64,000 bases of DNA, taken from the IMG/VR virus record IMGVR_UViG_2860815047_000004. One strand, given 5' to 3'. A program made the translations under genes and the position numbers. Positions 49,607 through 59,882 of the stretch are shown here, piece after piece. The number at the start of each line of letters is the position of its first letter. Position 1 is the stretch's first letter. Source of the DNA: an uncultured virus (IMG/VR IMGVR_UViG_2860815047_000004) (lineage: Duplodnaviria; Heunggongvirae; Uroviricota; Caudoviricetes). Below the pieces are notes generated by a model that worked only from the letters and a program-made list of their open reading frames with translations, did not search any database and had not been told where the DNA came from.

Positions 49607-51920
49607 TGAGATCATGATTCAGAAAGACGGTAAGTTTCAATTTGAGAAGGATAAGGAGGCAGTGCACAGCTACTTTGTTGATTACATTAATCAAAATACA
49701 GTCTTTTTCCATGACTTAAAAGAGAAACTGGATTATCTGATTAAAAATGATTATTACGAAGAAGAATTCTTAAGCGAATACACATTTGAGCAGATTAAAT
49801 CGATTTTTAAACTTGCTTACAGTTACAAATTCAGATTCCCATCTTTCATGAGTGCCTTTAAGTTCTACAATGACTATGCATTGAAGACAAACGACAAAAC
49901 AAAGATCCTGGAGAGATATGAGGATCGCGTCTCAATTGTAGCTTTATTTTTCGCAGGTGGAGTCTATGAGAAAGCGGTTAAGAATGTGCGTACTATGATG
50001 AAACAAGAGTATCAGCCGGCAACGCCTACTTTCCTTAATGCAGGTCGTAAGCGAAGAGGAGAAATGGTGAGCTGCTTCCTACTTGAAGTGGGAGACAGTT
50101 TGAATGATATTTCACGGGCGATCGATATTTCCATGCAGCTGTCTAAATTGGGCGGCGGTGTTGCATTAAACCTAAGCAAATTACGAGCCAAGGGTGAAGC
50201 AATTAAAGACGTAGAGAATGCAACTAAAGGTGTCGTAGGTGTTATGAAGCTATTGGATAATGCTTTTAGATATGCCGATCAAATGGGTTGATTTGGCCCC
50301 TTTCGTCAGAAATGGCGATCGAAAACCTCTTTAATTCATGGGAACTCCTACAGGGACAATCATGAGCGAAGCAAGACTAAAGTCTTGAACGTGCAACGAC
50401 TAGCCGAAAGGCGTAGGCTGCAAGCTATTGGCAGTCGAAACAGGAGGCATCCTAAAAGGATGAAGATATAGTCTAACCTTCATGGCAACATGAAGCAGCC
50501 GTCTGGCGGGGCGTGCTTAGCGAACACGTCTGAATGGTCTGCAAAGACAAGGGTCTGGAGCAGCTTATCTAAGCGTGTTCCATCCAGATATTACAGACTT
50601 CCTGGATACCAAAAAAATCTCAGCAGATGAAGATGTCCGGGTTAAAACACTGTCTATTGGTGTAGTTCTTCCTGATAAATTTATTGAATTGGCAAGAGAA
50701 GATAAGGATTTTTACATGTTCTATCCTCATTCAGTTTACAAAGAATATGGGCAGTATCTTGATGAGATGGACATCAATAAAATGTATGATGTGCTTGTTG
50801 AAAACCCTAGGGTTAGAAAAGCAAAAGGAAATGCTCGAAAGCTGTTGGAGCAATTGGCCATTTTAAGAAGTGAATCTGGATATCCTTATATCATGTTTGC
50901 TGACAATGTAAATAAAGTGCATCCAATGAACATATTTCAAAAGTGAAGTTTTCTAATTTGTGCTCTGAAGTCCTCCAAGCATCACAAGTGTCAGTCTATA
51001 CAGATTACGATCAGGAAGATGAAATTGGATTAGATATTTCATGTAATCTTGGATCCATGAACATTGTAAATGCAATGAATAATCAATCAGTTGCTTCAAC
51101 GGTTAGAATAGCAATTGACTCATTGACAACTGTTACAAGAAAAACAAACATTGTTAATGCCCCAGCTGTTGCGAGAGCAAATACACTAATGCGTTCAATT
51201 GGTCTAGGGCAGATGAACCTGCATGGTTTTCTAGCTCAAAATAAAATTGCTTATGAAAGTGAAGAAGCTAAGGACTTTGCAAATACATACTTTATGATGG
51301 TTAACTTCTACTCCTTGCAGCGTTCAATGGAAATTGCAAAAGAAACAGGGGAGACATACTACAAGTTTGATGGGTCGACCTACAAATCAGGTGAGTATTT
51401 TGATAAGTACGTGACAAATGATTATAGCCCTAAACATGAAAAGGTTAAAAGCCTGTTTGGAGATCAACATATTCCTAATATTGAAGATTGGATGAAGCTT
51501 AAAGAGGATGTAATGAAATATGGCTTGTATCATTCGTATAGGCAGGCTATTGCACCTACAGGAAGCATCTCATACGTTCAATCATCTACGGCCGGCGTAA
51601 TGCCTATTATGGAGAGAATCGAGGAACGTACATACGGAAACAGTAAGACATATTATCCAATGCCAGGTTTATCGGCTCAGAATTGGTTCTTTTATAAGGA
51701 AGCATACGACATGGATATGTTTAAGGTAGTTGATCTTATTGCCACTATTCAGCAGCACGTCGACCAAGGCATTTCGTTTACGCTGTTTTTGAAAGATACG
51801 ATGACGACGCGCGATCTAAACCGGATTGACTTATACGCGCATCATAAGGGAATCAAGACGCTTTATTATGCACGGACTAAAGATACGACACAGGAGGGGT
51901 GTTTGTCATGCGCGGTTTAA
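49569..51920 (+). CDS. nrdE: Class Ib RNR alpha subunit; exons 49569-50288 and 50542-51920; -1 frameshift at about 50925
   Basis: PATPTFLNAG, VSCFL, spliced MG|QRQGSG, FSNLCSE, SCNLGS, APTGSIS, CLSC. Confidence 0.93.
50289..50541 (+). ncRNA. Group I intron in nrdE (253 nt, no ORF)
   Basis: Exon ends in U; P1 GGGT/GCCC; AAGATATAGTCTA core; terminal G; removal restores the frame. Confidence 0.92.
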
Positions 51921-52150
51921 GTGAGGAGAGACAGAAGAGTATACGACGTGGAGACATAATTATCTACTACTTCGGGGGTACATTAATTAATGCGAAAGTT
52001 ATTCAAGCGTATGAAGGTGGGTACCTCGAAGTTCGCCATAAAGACTTCCCGATACTGAACTGCTTATTAGGATACCGGGACGAGATCAAGACATCGGAAG
52101 TGTTGGGTGTAGTTAAGCATAAAGGCAAACGGGGAAAGGAGGACGAATAA
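51899..52150 (+). CDS. Hypothetical protein between nrdE and nrdF
   Basis: 83-aa ORF, RBS GGAGGG. Confidence 0.6.
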   Translation: MFVMRGLSEERQKSIRRGDIIIYYFGGTLINAKVIQAYEGGYLEVRHKDFPILNCLLGYRDEIKTSEVLGVVKHKGKRGKEDE

Positions 52151-54137
52151 TTGACGAACGCAAACGAAATCCATACGGCGGCCGATTGGTCGCGGCACGA
52201 AGACGACTTTACCCAAATGTTTTACAACCAAAACGTAAAGCAGTTTTGGCTTCCGGAAGAGATCGCATTAAACGGCGATCTTCTCACTTGGAAGTATTTG
52301 GGTAAAAATGAGCAGTATACGTACATGAAGGTGCTCGCCGGCCTGACACTGCTTGATACAGAGCAGGGGAACACGGGCATGCCGATTGTGGCCGAGCACG
52401 TCGAAGGCCATCAGCGGAAAGCGGTTCTTAATTTCATGGCGATGATGGAAAACGCGGTGCACGCGAAGTCTTACAGCAACATCTTTCTAACTTTGGCTCC
52501 AACCGAGAAGATCAATGAAGTCTTCGAATGGGTGAAAAACAATAGGTTTCTTCAAAAGAAAGCAAGAACAATTGTTTCAATTTATAAAGCAGTTCAGAAA
52601 AACGATGATATTTCCTTATTCAAAGCAATGGTTGCATCTGTGTTTCTGGAAAGTTTCCTTTTCTACTCAGGGTTTTATTATCCACTTTACTTTTATGGAC
52701 AAGGGAAGCTCATGCAGAGCGGGGAAATTGTGAATTTGATTATCCGTGACGAAGCCATTAAGTGCTAGTGGCATTTAGCAGTAATGTTAAATGAAAACCT
52801 ATCTAAAAAGGGGAAATCTTATAGCTAAGATAATCCTTTGCTAAATTCTAATCATCATTAAATTCAATATTTAGGAGTGTTGCCTTGTATTATGTCTATA
52901 TGATAATGAATAAACAAAATAAGAAGATTTACATTGGCTTAACCAAAAATGTTAACAACGCTGACGATAGATTTAAACAACATATTCGCTATTTAAAAGG
53001 AAACTATCATCATAATCATAAATTGCAAAGAGACTTTAACTTGCATAAATGCACTGATATGTATACACATCACTTATTATGCAAATGTTCTAGCATCAAA
53101 CTTGCTGAAAAAATGGAGAAGTTTTTCATTGCATACTATAACAGTAAATATTGTGGATTTAACCTAAATGACGGCGGGCTTTCAAATAAAGGATACAAGC
53201 AATCTGATTATGCAAAAAAGGTTGCAAGTGAAGTTCACTCTAAGCTAATTGGAGAAAAAAATCCTTTCTTTGGAAGACGACATTCTGAGAAAACAAAAAT
53301 GATTATTTCTAAAAAGAACAAAGGGAGAAATAAAGGTATCCCTAAGAGCGATAGTCATATAAAGAAAATGATTGAAAACAATGCTAGAGCAAAAAAAGTC
53401 TTCGTTGGCGGTCAAATATACAGCAGTTGTTCGCAAGCTCAATTACATACGGGCATAGACAGGAAGAAAATATCAAAGCTTGCATCAGACGATTCAATAA
53501 CAAACATATACTTTATAAAATAAAAACAATTTTAATGATGATTAGATAAATGCCCAACGACTATTCCATTGGCGGTGGAATTCCGCAACAGAAGTAGGGC
53601 GCAAGTGATTGGCGTGGGTGAGAATCCCTTAAATCGAAACGGTAGGAATCCTAAATTAGGATTGTGATATAGTCTGCTCTGCATGGCGACATGCAGCTGT
53701 GGTTAGTCCACGCTTTAAGTATAGCGAACTTAAGGGAACATCAAGGACATGGAACATATATCGGTTTATTAGCTCAAGAGATATATAAGAAACAAACGCC
53801 TCAGAAGCAAAAAGAACTGTATGAATGGGCTTTATGCTTGCTACAAGAGCTTTATGAAAATGAATTGGAGTATACAGAAGATGTTTATGATCAGGTTGGT
53901 TTAGCTCCAGATGTAAAGAAATTCATCAGATACAACGCAAATAAAGCATTAAACAACTTGGGCTTTGATCATCTGTTCGAGGAAGAAGACGTTAACCCAA
54001 TCGTTATTAATGGATTGAGTACTAAAACTAAGTCGCATGACTTCTTTAGCCAAAAAGGGAATGGGTACAAAAAAGCAACGGTGGAGCCATTAAAGGATTC
54101 AGATTTCATTTTTACCGAGAAAGGATGTATTCAATGA
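52151..54137 (+). CDS. nrdF: Class Ib RNR beta subunit; exons 52151-52758 and 53747-54137 (332 aa)
   Basis: [15 protein letters not shown], spliced RDEAI|HG, HDFFS. Confidence 0.94.
52759..53746 (+). ncRNA. Group I intron in nrdF (988 nt) carrying a homing endonuclease
   Basis: P1 GCCAT/GTGGC with U.G pair; GATATAGTCT core; terminal G; splice rebuilds an ATA codon. Confidence 0.92.
52885..53523 (+). CDS. Intron-encoded GIY-YIG homing endonuclease with NUMOD3 motif
   Basis: [31 protein letters not shown]. Confidence 0.9.
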   Translation: MYYVYMIMNKQNKKIYIGLTKNVNNADDRFKQHIRYLKGNYHHNHKLQRDFNLHKCTDMYTHHLLCKCSSIKLAEKMEKFFIAYYNSKYCGFNLNDGGLSNKGYKQSDYAKKVASEVHSKLIGEKNPFFGRRHSEKTKMIISKKNKGRNKGIPKSDSHIKKMIENNARAKKVFVGGQIYSSCSQAQLHTGIDRKKISKLASDDSITNIYFIK

Positions 54138-54373
54138 GATTAATTAAATTAGAGCAGCCAAATTGCAATCCCTGCAAAATGGTGTCCAATTACTTAAATG
54201 ATGCAGGAGTCAAATATGAGACAGTTGATGTAACACAGAATCCGGAAGTGGCAGCACAATTTGGTGTCATGGGTGTACCGGTAACTTTCTTGCTTAATGA
54301 GCAAGGAGAAGAAGTAAAGCGGAGTATTGGTTTTAAGCCTAATGAACTTGATGAGTTGTTAAAGGAATTATGA
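54134..54373 (+). CDS. yosR: NrdH/thioredoxin-like redoxin
   Basis: CNPC active site, GVPV. Confidence 0.9.
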   Translation: MRLIKLEQPNCNPCKMVSNYLNDAGVKYETVDVTQNPEVAAQFGVMGVPVTFLLNEQGEEVKRSIGFKPNELDELLKEL

Positions 54374-54633
54374 AAAAAGGGTGATTTTATTGTAATTAAA
54401 AGGGAGGGCTGACCATATTCGGTTGGAATTTTAACAGGCTTTTGTGGTGGAAGTACATATTGTTATTGGTTTTTTTAATCACTATAATACCCTTATGGAT
54501 AATTGATTGGATAACCTTCTGCAAGATTAAACGTGTAGACTGGATTATTCAACGGTACTCAGATTGGGTTGCTTATTTAATTTTTGGATAATAGATGTTT
54601 CACATAAAAAACTAAAGGAGTTAATAAAACATA

Positions 54634-55062
54634 ATGCAAATTAAAATCAAATATTTAGATGATACACAAACAAGGATCAGCAAAATTGAGAAAGGGGATT
54701 GGATTGATCTCCGAGCGGCTGAAGATGTAGCAATCAAAAAGGACGAATTTAAACTTATCCCTTTAGGAGTAGCAATGGAGCTACCGGAAGGATATGAGGC
54801 TCATGTTGTTCCACGTTCAAGTACATTTAAAAACTTTGGCATCATTGAGACAAACTCAATGGGTGTTATTGATGAGTCCTACAAGGGAGACAATGATTTC
54901 TGGTTCTTTCCGGCTTATGCATTACGGGATACAGTAATTAAAAAAGGGGAACGTATCTGTCAGTTCAGAATCATGGAGAAGATGCCTGCAGTTGAATTGA
55001 TTGAGGTAGATCATTTAGGCAACAATGATCGAGGAGGTCATGGATCGACTGGAACTAAGTAA
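54634..55062 (+). CDS. dut: dUTPase
   Basis: [25 protein letters not shown]. Confidence 0.95.
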   Translation: MQIKIKYLDDTQTRISKIEKGDWIDLRAAEDVAIKKDEFKLIPLGVAMELPEGYEAHVVPRSSTFKNFGIIETNSMGVIDESYKGDNDFWFFPAYALRDTVIKKGERICQFRIMEKMPAVELIEVDHLGNNDRGGHGSTGTK

Positions 55063-55160
55063 CAGAAGACAAGTCCTGACTGAGGTCTTAATGATGTGTG
55101 TCTCCAGTGGAGGGGTGCAGTCAGGACTCTTTATAAAGTACCCTGTTCTTAAGAATTTAA

Positions 55161-55595
55161 TTAAGCTTTTGCTTCTTGTTTGGCATTATCGCAATACAAT
55201 TGGTAAAGCTCTGAATCATCCCAGCCATTAAAGTCTTTTTGCTCGGGAATGTATGCGGAAATATTAAGTTGCTGACCTTTATTGGTATAGTCTGATGTAA
55301 ATTCATCCATCTCCGTATAAATAATGACCTTCTTAAATGGAGAAGTTGGTGAGATTGCATTTTTAATTACTTCTAAAATCCTGCTAACACCAGTTTTATT
55401 TGGTTGAAGTGTTTCTTTTAGCAACGAAATAACTTCTTCAATGCAGTTGATGGCAGATGTGCTTTTATGTTTTAAGTTGTCATAAACATGAAGAATTTCC
55501 TTGTCCATTTCATATGTGTAGGTAAATGCACTCTTGCTATGGAAACCTACATTTTTAATAGAACCTTGAATAATAGGATATTGAGTAATGCTCAT
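55161..55595 (-). CDS. Hypothetical protein
   Basis: 144 aa, RBS AAGGTGG. Confidence 0.65.
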   Translation of the reverse strand: MSITQYPIIQGSIKNVGFHSKSAFTYTYEMDKEILHVYDNLKHKSTSAINCIEEVISLLKETLQPNKTGVSRILEVIKNAISPTSPFKKVIIYTEMDEFTSDYTNKGQQLNISAYIPEQKDFNGWDDSELYQLYCDNAKQEAKA

Positions 55596-55619
55596 TAAAT
55601 ATTACCACCTTTTCGTATA

Positions 55620-55916
55620 TTGAGAATTTTGAGACAAGTATATTATACCAGTAATCAGGAAAAAGGACTAAATAAAAGAAGACTTTTATCTAAAACAATA
55701 AGGAGGAAAAAGACCATAAACAAAAACAGTTATAAAGATTTGCAAGCAAAATATGACAACATGCTCTTCAGGAATGGTCTGTGTTTAGGATTTATTCAAA
55801 AACATGGGCTTGAAGATGTGTTTTTGGAGCATATGAAACAAGTTGCAGCTTATGAAGAAGACCAAAGGTATAGAGTTGCAGCAGTTAATTTTTTGAGTTT
55901 ATTAGAATCAAATTAA
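55620..55916 (+). CDS. Hypothetical protein (true start probably near 55716)
   Basis: RBS AAGGAGG at about 55700 lies inside the called ORF. Confidence 0.5.
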   Translation: MRILRQVYYTSNQEKGLNKRRLLSKTIRRKKTINKNSYKDLQAKYDNMLFRNGLCLGFIQKHGLEDVFLEHMKQVAAYEEDQRYRVAAVNFLSLLESN

Positions 55917-55935
55917 AACAAAAAGGGGCAAAGAT

Positions 55936-56202
55936 ATGGAAAATATTTATCGCTATTATAAATTAAACAAAGGATTACAGGCTGTGAAAGTTGTCTCTGA
56001 GTTGTTTCCTAAAGAAAGCGAAGCTTATAGAGAACTGATTAAAATTGAAATTGGAATTTTGGAGGAAAAGAGAGAGCTTCTTAATGGCAAAGGAAAAGTG
56101 AACAAACTGGATCAGAAACAAAAAACAGACCTGGGAAGACAGCTAACAGATAAGCTCGATGAAGTTTTAGAAATTGTTGAAAGGTTTAGCAATCATGGAT
56201 AA
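55936..56202 (+). CDS. Hypothetical protein
   Basis: 88 aa. Confidence 0.7.
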   Translation: MENIYRYYKLNKGLQAVKVVSELFPKESEAYRELIKIEIGILEEKRELLNGKGKVNKLDQKQKTDLGRQLTDKLDEVLEIVERFSNHG

Positions 56203-56494
56203 ACACATAGAGAAAATAAAAGCCCATCTAAAAGAAATAGAAAATCTTAAACAAGGCCTCCAATTATTTAGCGAGGATGAAGAGGAACATATAAGCTTAC
56301 TAGCTAAGATTCAACATCAGTTTGATTTAATTTCAGACGAATCAATGGAAGGGTTTAAAGAGTTAACTTTACATATAAGAAATACAGGTCAGAAAAGAAT
56401 ACAACGGGGAATTGACCAGCTGCCTCATGCAATTAAAGAAAGTGTAAGTGAAGACATCAAAGACATGAAGAGAGCTGGAGAGTTGTTTGATTAG
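56195..56494 (+). CDS. Hypothetical helical protein
   Basis: ORF coupled to the previous gene. Confidence 0.65.
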   Translation: MDKHIEKIKAHLKEIENLKQGLQLFSEDEEEHISLLAKIQHQFDLISDESMEGFKELTLHIRNTGQKRIQRGIDQLPHAIKESVSEDIKDMKRAGELFD

Positions 56495-56648
56495 TTTTAG
56501 TTGTTTATAGAATAAAAATAAAATAAGGGGATGTATTAGAATTACATACTTTACGTTATTACTTGCAGCATACTTATTTGCACTAAACATTAATGAAATT
56601 AGATTAATTACACGAGGAGAACAGAATGTATACGCTAAAGTTACGCAT

Positions 56649-56951
56649 ATGCTTTCTAACACACCGTATAAAGAACTGAAGAAAAATAAGAACTTAGTAT
56701 ATGCCATTACATTGTTCAAGGGGATTTCATTCATTATCCCCTTGGCTACTATTGGATTGATTACGCATGGTAACTTGCTAATGTTAGCTTGGACAGCTTT
56801 TGCTTTAATCTATACCGGTTTAACAATGTTTAAAATTCTTGATGTTTTGGAAGGTGACTCAAACAATAAACAAAACAAGTTTGTGCACATGCTATTTGTT
56901 TGCGGTAATATTATCTTCGTGATTAACTTTATTATTGGTCGTTTCATTTAA
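56649..56951 (+). CDS. Membrane protein (frame may extend upstream to about 56541)
   Basis: Three TM segments. Confidence 0.6.
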   Translation: MLSNTPYKELKKNKNLVYAITLFKGISFIIPLATIGLITHGNLLMLAWTAFALIYTGLTMFKILDVLEGDSNNKQNKFVHMLFVCGNIIFVINFIIGRFI

Positions 56952-57565
56952 GCGTCTAATTCATGAAACGGTTCGAGCCATTTAAGTCCAGGTCTAGAGG
57001 GATGTCTTGGTGAATTCTTAACTGTGAGAAGCCTGTTGTAATGGGTTTTGATAACAAATGCCTCGTCTTTATTTATTCCTTTTAGGAGCTGTTTAACATC
57101 TTGGCATTGTTTATTAAAACTTCGTTTATCAAATCGTTTTGGACAATCACCCCAAGCAAAGATTACCTTTTTAGATTCTTTGGCTAAATTGGCTATAATT
57201 TGATGATTAGTCTTAACGGTAGCTTCATACAGGATCCTGTTCTCTTTTTGAAGCTTATGAATTATTGAGGATAATTCCGCTGAATTTGTTTCGTAAAAAG
57301 GATAGAGATTGACAATATGAATGGATCCAACTTCATTTAATGAGTGGCTAAAATTACACAACTTAGTTATAGTGAGGTCGGATACTTCTTTGTCAGCAAT
57401 ACTTGGATTTAACATAATAAACACATATGAAGAATCTAAATTATTGTTAAGCTTTATTGATAAACAATATCTTGCTTCAATTGAGTCTGTTAATCTTTCA
57501 GTTTTACAGTCCAGTACTTCTTTAACCACTGCTGGCTTGTATTTGTAAATAGACAAAAAGATCAC
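56948..57565 (-). CDS. DUF1643-family protein
   Basis: FIMLNPSIAD, VNLYP, FAWG, PRHP. Confidence 0.85.
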   Translation of the reverse strand: MIFLSIYKYKPAVVKEVLDCKTERLTDSIEARYCLSIKLNNNLDSSYVFIMLNPSIADKEVSDLTITKLCNFSHSLNEVGSIHIVNLYPFYETNSAELSSIIHKLQKENRILYEATVKTNHQIIANLAKESKKVIFAWGDCPKRFDKRSFNKQCQDVKQLLKGINKDEAFVIKTHYNRLLTVKNSPRHPSRPGLKWLEPFHELDA

Positions 57566-57626
57566 CTCTTTCCATTATGTGGGCAAGAATATTTTACCAA
57601 ACGACGGAATTGAAAGGAAGGAAATT

Positions 57627-58466
57627 ATGAGTCAATTTGATAAGCAGTACAACACAATCATAAATGACATAATTAATAATGGAGTATCTGACGAAGAATT
57701 CGATGTGAGAACCAAGTGGGATACAGATGGAACACCAGCACATACACTAAGTGTAATCAGTAAACAAATGCGGTTTGATAATTCCGAAATACCAATTTTA
57801 ACGACTAAAAAAGTCGCCTGGAAAACGGCAATCAAGGAACTGCTTTGGATATGGCAATGTAAATCAAATGATGTTAACGAATTAAACAAGATGGGCGTAC
57901 ATATTTGGGATCAGTGGAAACAAGAAGATGGTACAATCGGCAAAGCATATGGCTACCAGCTTGGCAAAAAGAACAGAATGCTAAACGGTGAGAAAGTTGA
58001 CCAGGTTGATTATCTTCTTCATCAGTTGAAAAATAATCCATCATCACGCAGACATATTACAACGCTTTGGAATCCTAATGAATTAGACTCGATGGCATTG
58101 ACGCCCTGTGTTTATGGCACTCAATGGCTTGTAAAAGGCGGGAAGTTGCATTTAGAAGTTTTCTGTCGCAGTAATGATCTCGCACTCGGGAATCCGTTTA
58201 ATGTGTTCCAGTACAATGTATTGCAGCGTATGATTGCTCAAGTTACTGGATATGAGCTAGGTGAGTATATCTTCAATATTGGAGACTGTCACGTGTACAC
58301 TCGTCATATAGACAATTTAAAAATTCAAATGGACAGAGAGCAATATGAAGCACCTGAACTATGGATCAATCCAAACGTAAAAGACTTTTATGATTTCACA
58401 ATTGATGATTTCAAATTGATTAATTATAAACATGGAGACAAGCTTTACTTTGAGGTAGCAGTATAA
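57627..58466 (+). CDS. thyA: Thymidylate synthase (ThyP3 type, 279 aa)
   Basis: PILTTKK, YGYQ, SRRH, LTPC, RSND, GDCHVY. Confidence 0.96.
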   Translation: MSQFDKQYNTIINDIINNGVSDEEFDVRTKWDTDGTPAHTLSVISKQMRFDNSEIPILTTKKVAWKTAIKELLWIWQCKSNDVNELNKMGVHIWDQWKQEDGTIGKAYGYQLGKKNRMLNGEKVDQVDYLLHQLKNNPSSRRHITTLWNPNELDSMALTPCVYGTQWLVKGGKLHLEVFCRSNDLALGNPFNVFQYNVLQRMIAQVTGYELGEYIFNIGDCHVYTRHIDNLKIQMDREQYEAPELWINPNVKDFYDFTIDDFKLINYKHGDKLYFEVAV

Positions 58467-58972
58467 TGCTATCTCTTATTGCTTGCTGCGATAAATCAAT
58501 GGCCATTGGATATGAAAATAATTTGCTTTACCATATTCCTGAAGACATGAAACGTTTTAAAGAACTCACTTCAGGAAAGCTGTGTATACAGGGAAGGCTT
58601 ACATATGAATCGATCGTACACATTACAGGTAAACCACTTCAGAACCGAAGGAATATCATATTAACCAAAAACAAGGATTTCAAGCCTGATCACTCTTCGT
58701 TCGTTTATCATTCAATTGACGGTGTGTTGAAGCTTATACGAGGACAATTGGATAAAGATGAAGAAGTAATGGTCATTGGAGGAGGCGTTATTTACGAGGC
58801 ATTCTTACCACATGCTGATAAGGTTTATTTGACGATTGTTGATTCAGTTGCTGAGAAGGCAGATTCATATTTTCCAAGGTTAAATGACGATTGGAGAGTA
58901 ATTGAAAAGGATCATAGAAAAGCAGAAAACAATACCACATTTAATTATTCATTTGTGACTTACTCAAAATAA
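58466..58972 (+). CDS. dfrA: Dihydrofolate reductase
   Basis: AIGYEN..IPEDMKRFK, GRLTYESI, RRNIIL, IGGG, ADSYFP. Confidence 0.95.
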   Translation: MLSLIACCDKSMAIGYENNLLYHIPEDMKRFKELTSGKLCIQGRLTYESIVHITGKPLQNRRNIILTKNKDFKPDHSSFVYHSIDGVLKLIRGQLDKDEEVMVIGGGVIYEAFLPHADKVYLTIVDSVAEKADSYFPRLNDDWRVIEKDHRKAENNTTFNYSFVTYSK

Positions 58973-59100
58973 ATTAAGAATAAAAATAAAATAGTTATAG
59001 ACTTTTGGGAAGTTGAATGATAAGATAAAGACAAGTTAAAAGCTTGTCTTTTTTTACATACTTTTAGAATAAAAATAAAATAATAAATAGGAGTGACGTT

Positions 59101-59466
59101 GTGAGAACTGCAAAAGATTATCTTGTTTCCATTTCCAAACCTCTTGTTGCAATTGAGGAGACTAAACAACGACTTCAAAATGAAATTGATAACCTTTATA
59201 AAGAGCTGGGGAAAGTTGATAAAGAGCTCAATGAATTTTATCACAAGTTAGAAGAGGAAAAATTTAATGCTTCAGAGGGATATCATCTTTCATTAAAAGG
59301 TCAAAAGATATTGAGAAAGCGAAGAAGTTTAAAACAAGAGCTCCAATTATTGAACACTCTTTTTGGGAGTTTAAACAATAACGGATGGACTCTTGAATCA
59401 CTAAAAATTGCAGAATATAAAATTAGCAAAAAGAAAAACAAGCATTTACAGTATGAATCGGTTTAA
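59101..59466 (+). CDS. Coiled-coil phage protein
   Basis: 121 aa, RBS AGGAG. Confidence 0.7.
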   Translation: MRTAKDYLVSISKPLVAIEETKQRLQNEIDNLYKELGKVDKELNEFYHKLEEEKFNASEGYHLSLKGQKILRKRRSLKQELQLLNTLFGSLNNNGWTLESLKIAEYKISKKKNKHLQYESV

Positions 59467-59525
59467 AAACATAATCCACATTCACATTGTGAATACATAT
59501 TTAATCCTTATAAGGAGGTGATTAG

Positions 59526-59882
59526 TTGAAACAAAAAGAGCAAGAATTGTTGTCAAAGAAAGAACAGCTTGAAGTTGATGTTTTAGAAAAGGAAGCAACT
59601 TTACTCCGGCTAGAAGTGGAACAAGAAGATTTCAATCTCCACAAAATTGGGGAGATCGGAGTACTTAAAGATTTTCTCTTATACATAAAGAAATACAGAG
59701 CAATGTTTACTGTGCAGCAAGCAGAAGAATTTAGAGATATGGATGACCGAATGAAAGAAATTATCAAAGTTCATGATGAACGAGTTATGGTTGATGAAGC
59801 AGCTTTAGAGGGGTTTATTGAGGAAATTGAGGATCAAATTAATTTAATTGTAAGTGGAGGAGATAGGGAATGGAAAGCGTAA
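59526..59882 (+). CDS. yosX: Hypothetical phage protein, YosX-like
   Basis: RBS AAGGAGGTG; 118 aa; synteny. Confidence 0.65.
   Translation: MKQKEQELLSKKEQLEVDVLEKEATLLRLEVEQEDFNLHKIGEIGVLKDFLLYIKKYRAMFTVQQAEEFRDMDDRMKEIIKVHDERVMVDEAALEGFIEEIEDQINLIVSGGDREWKA

Larger units (their letters stand above)
3465..59082. repeat. Dispersed G(A/G)(A/G)TAAAAATAAAAT element, probably the SPbeta repeated element (about 24 copies)
   Basis: Starts near 3465, 5203, 5503, 5758, 9483, 10699, 10989, 16022, 20807, 20883, 25886, 26324, 27286, 31720, 37242, 37584, 41961 (minus strand), 42723, 44613, 44874, 49396, 56510, 58978, 59067; often directly upstream of -35 boxes. Confidence 0.8.

Noticed and set aside
53691..53746. 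N-terminus [10 protein letters not shown]... of ORF 53691-54137
   Set aside because: This is intron sequence; the true nrdF exon 2 starts at 53747.
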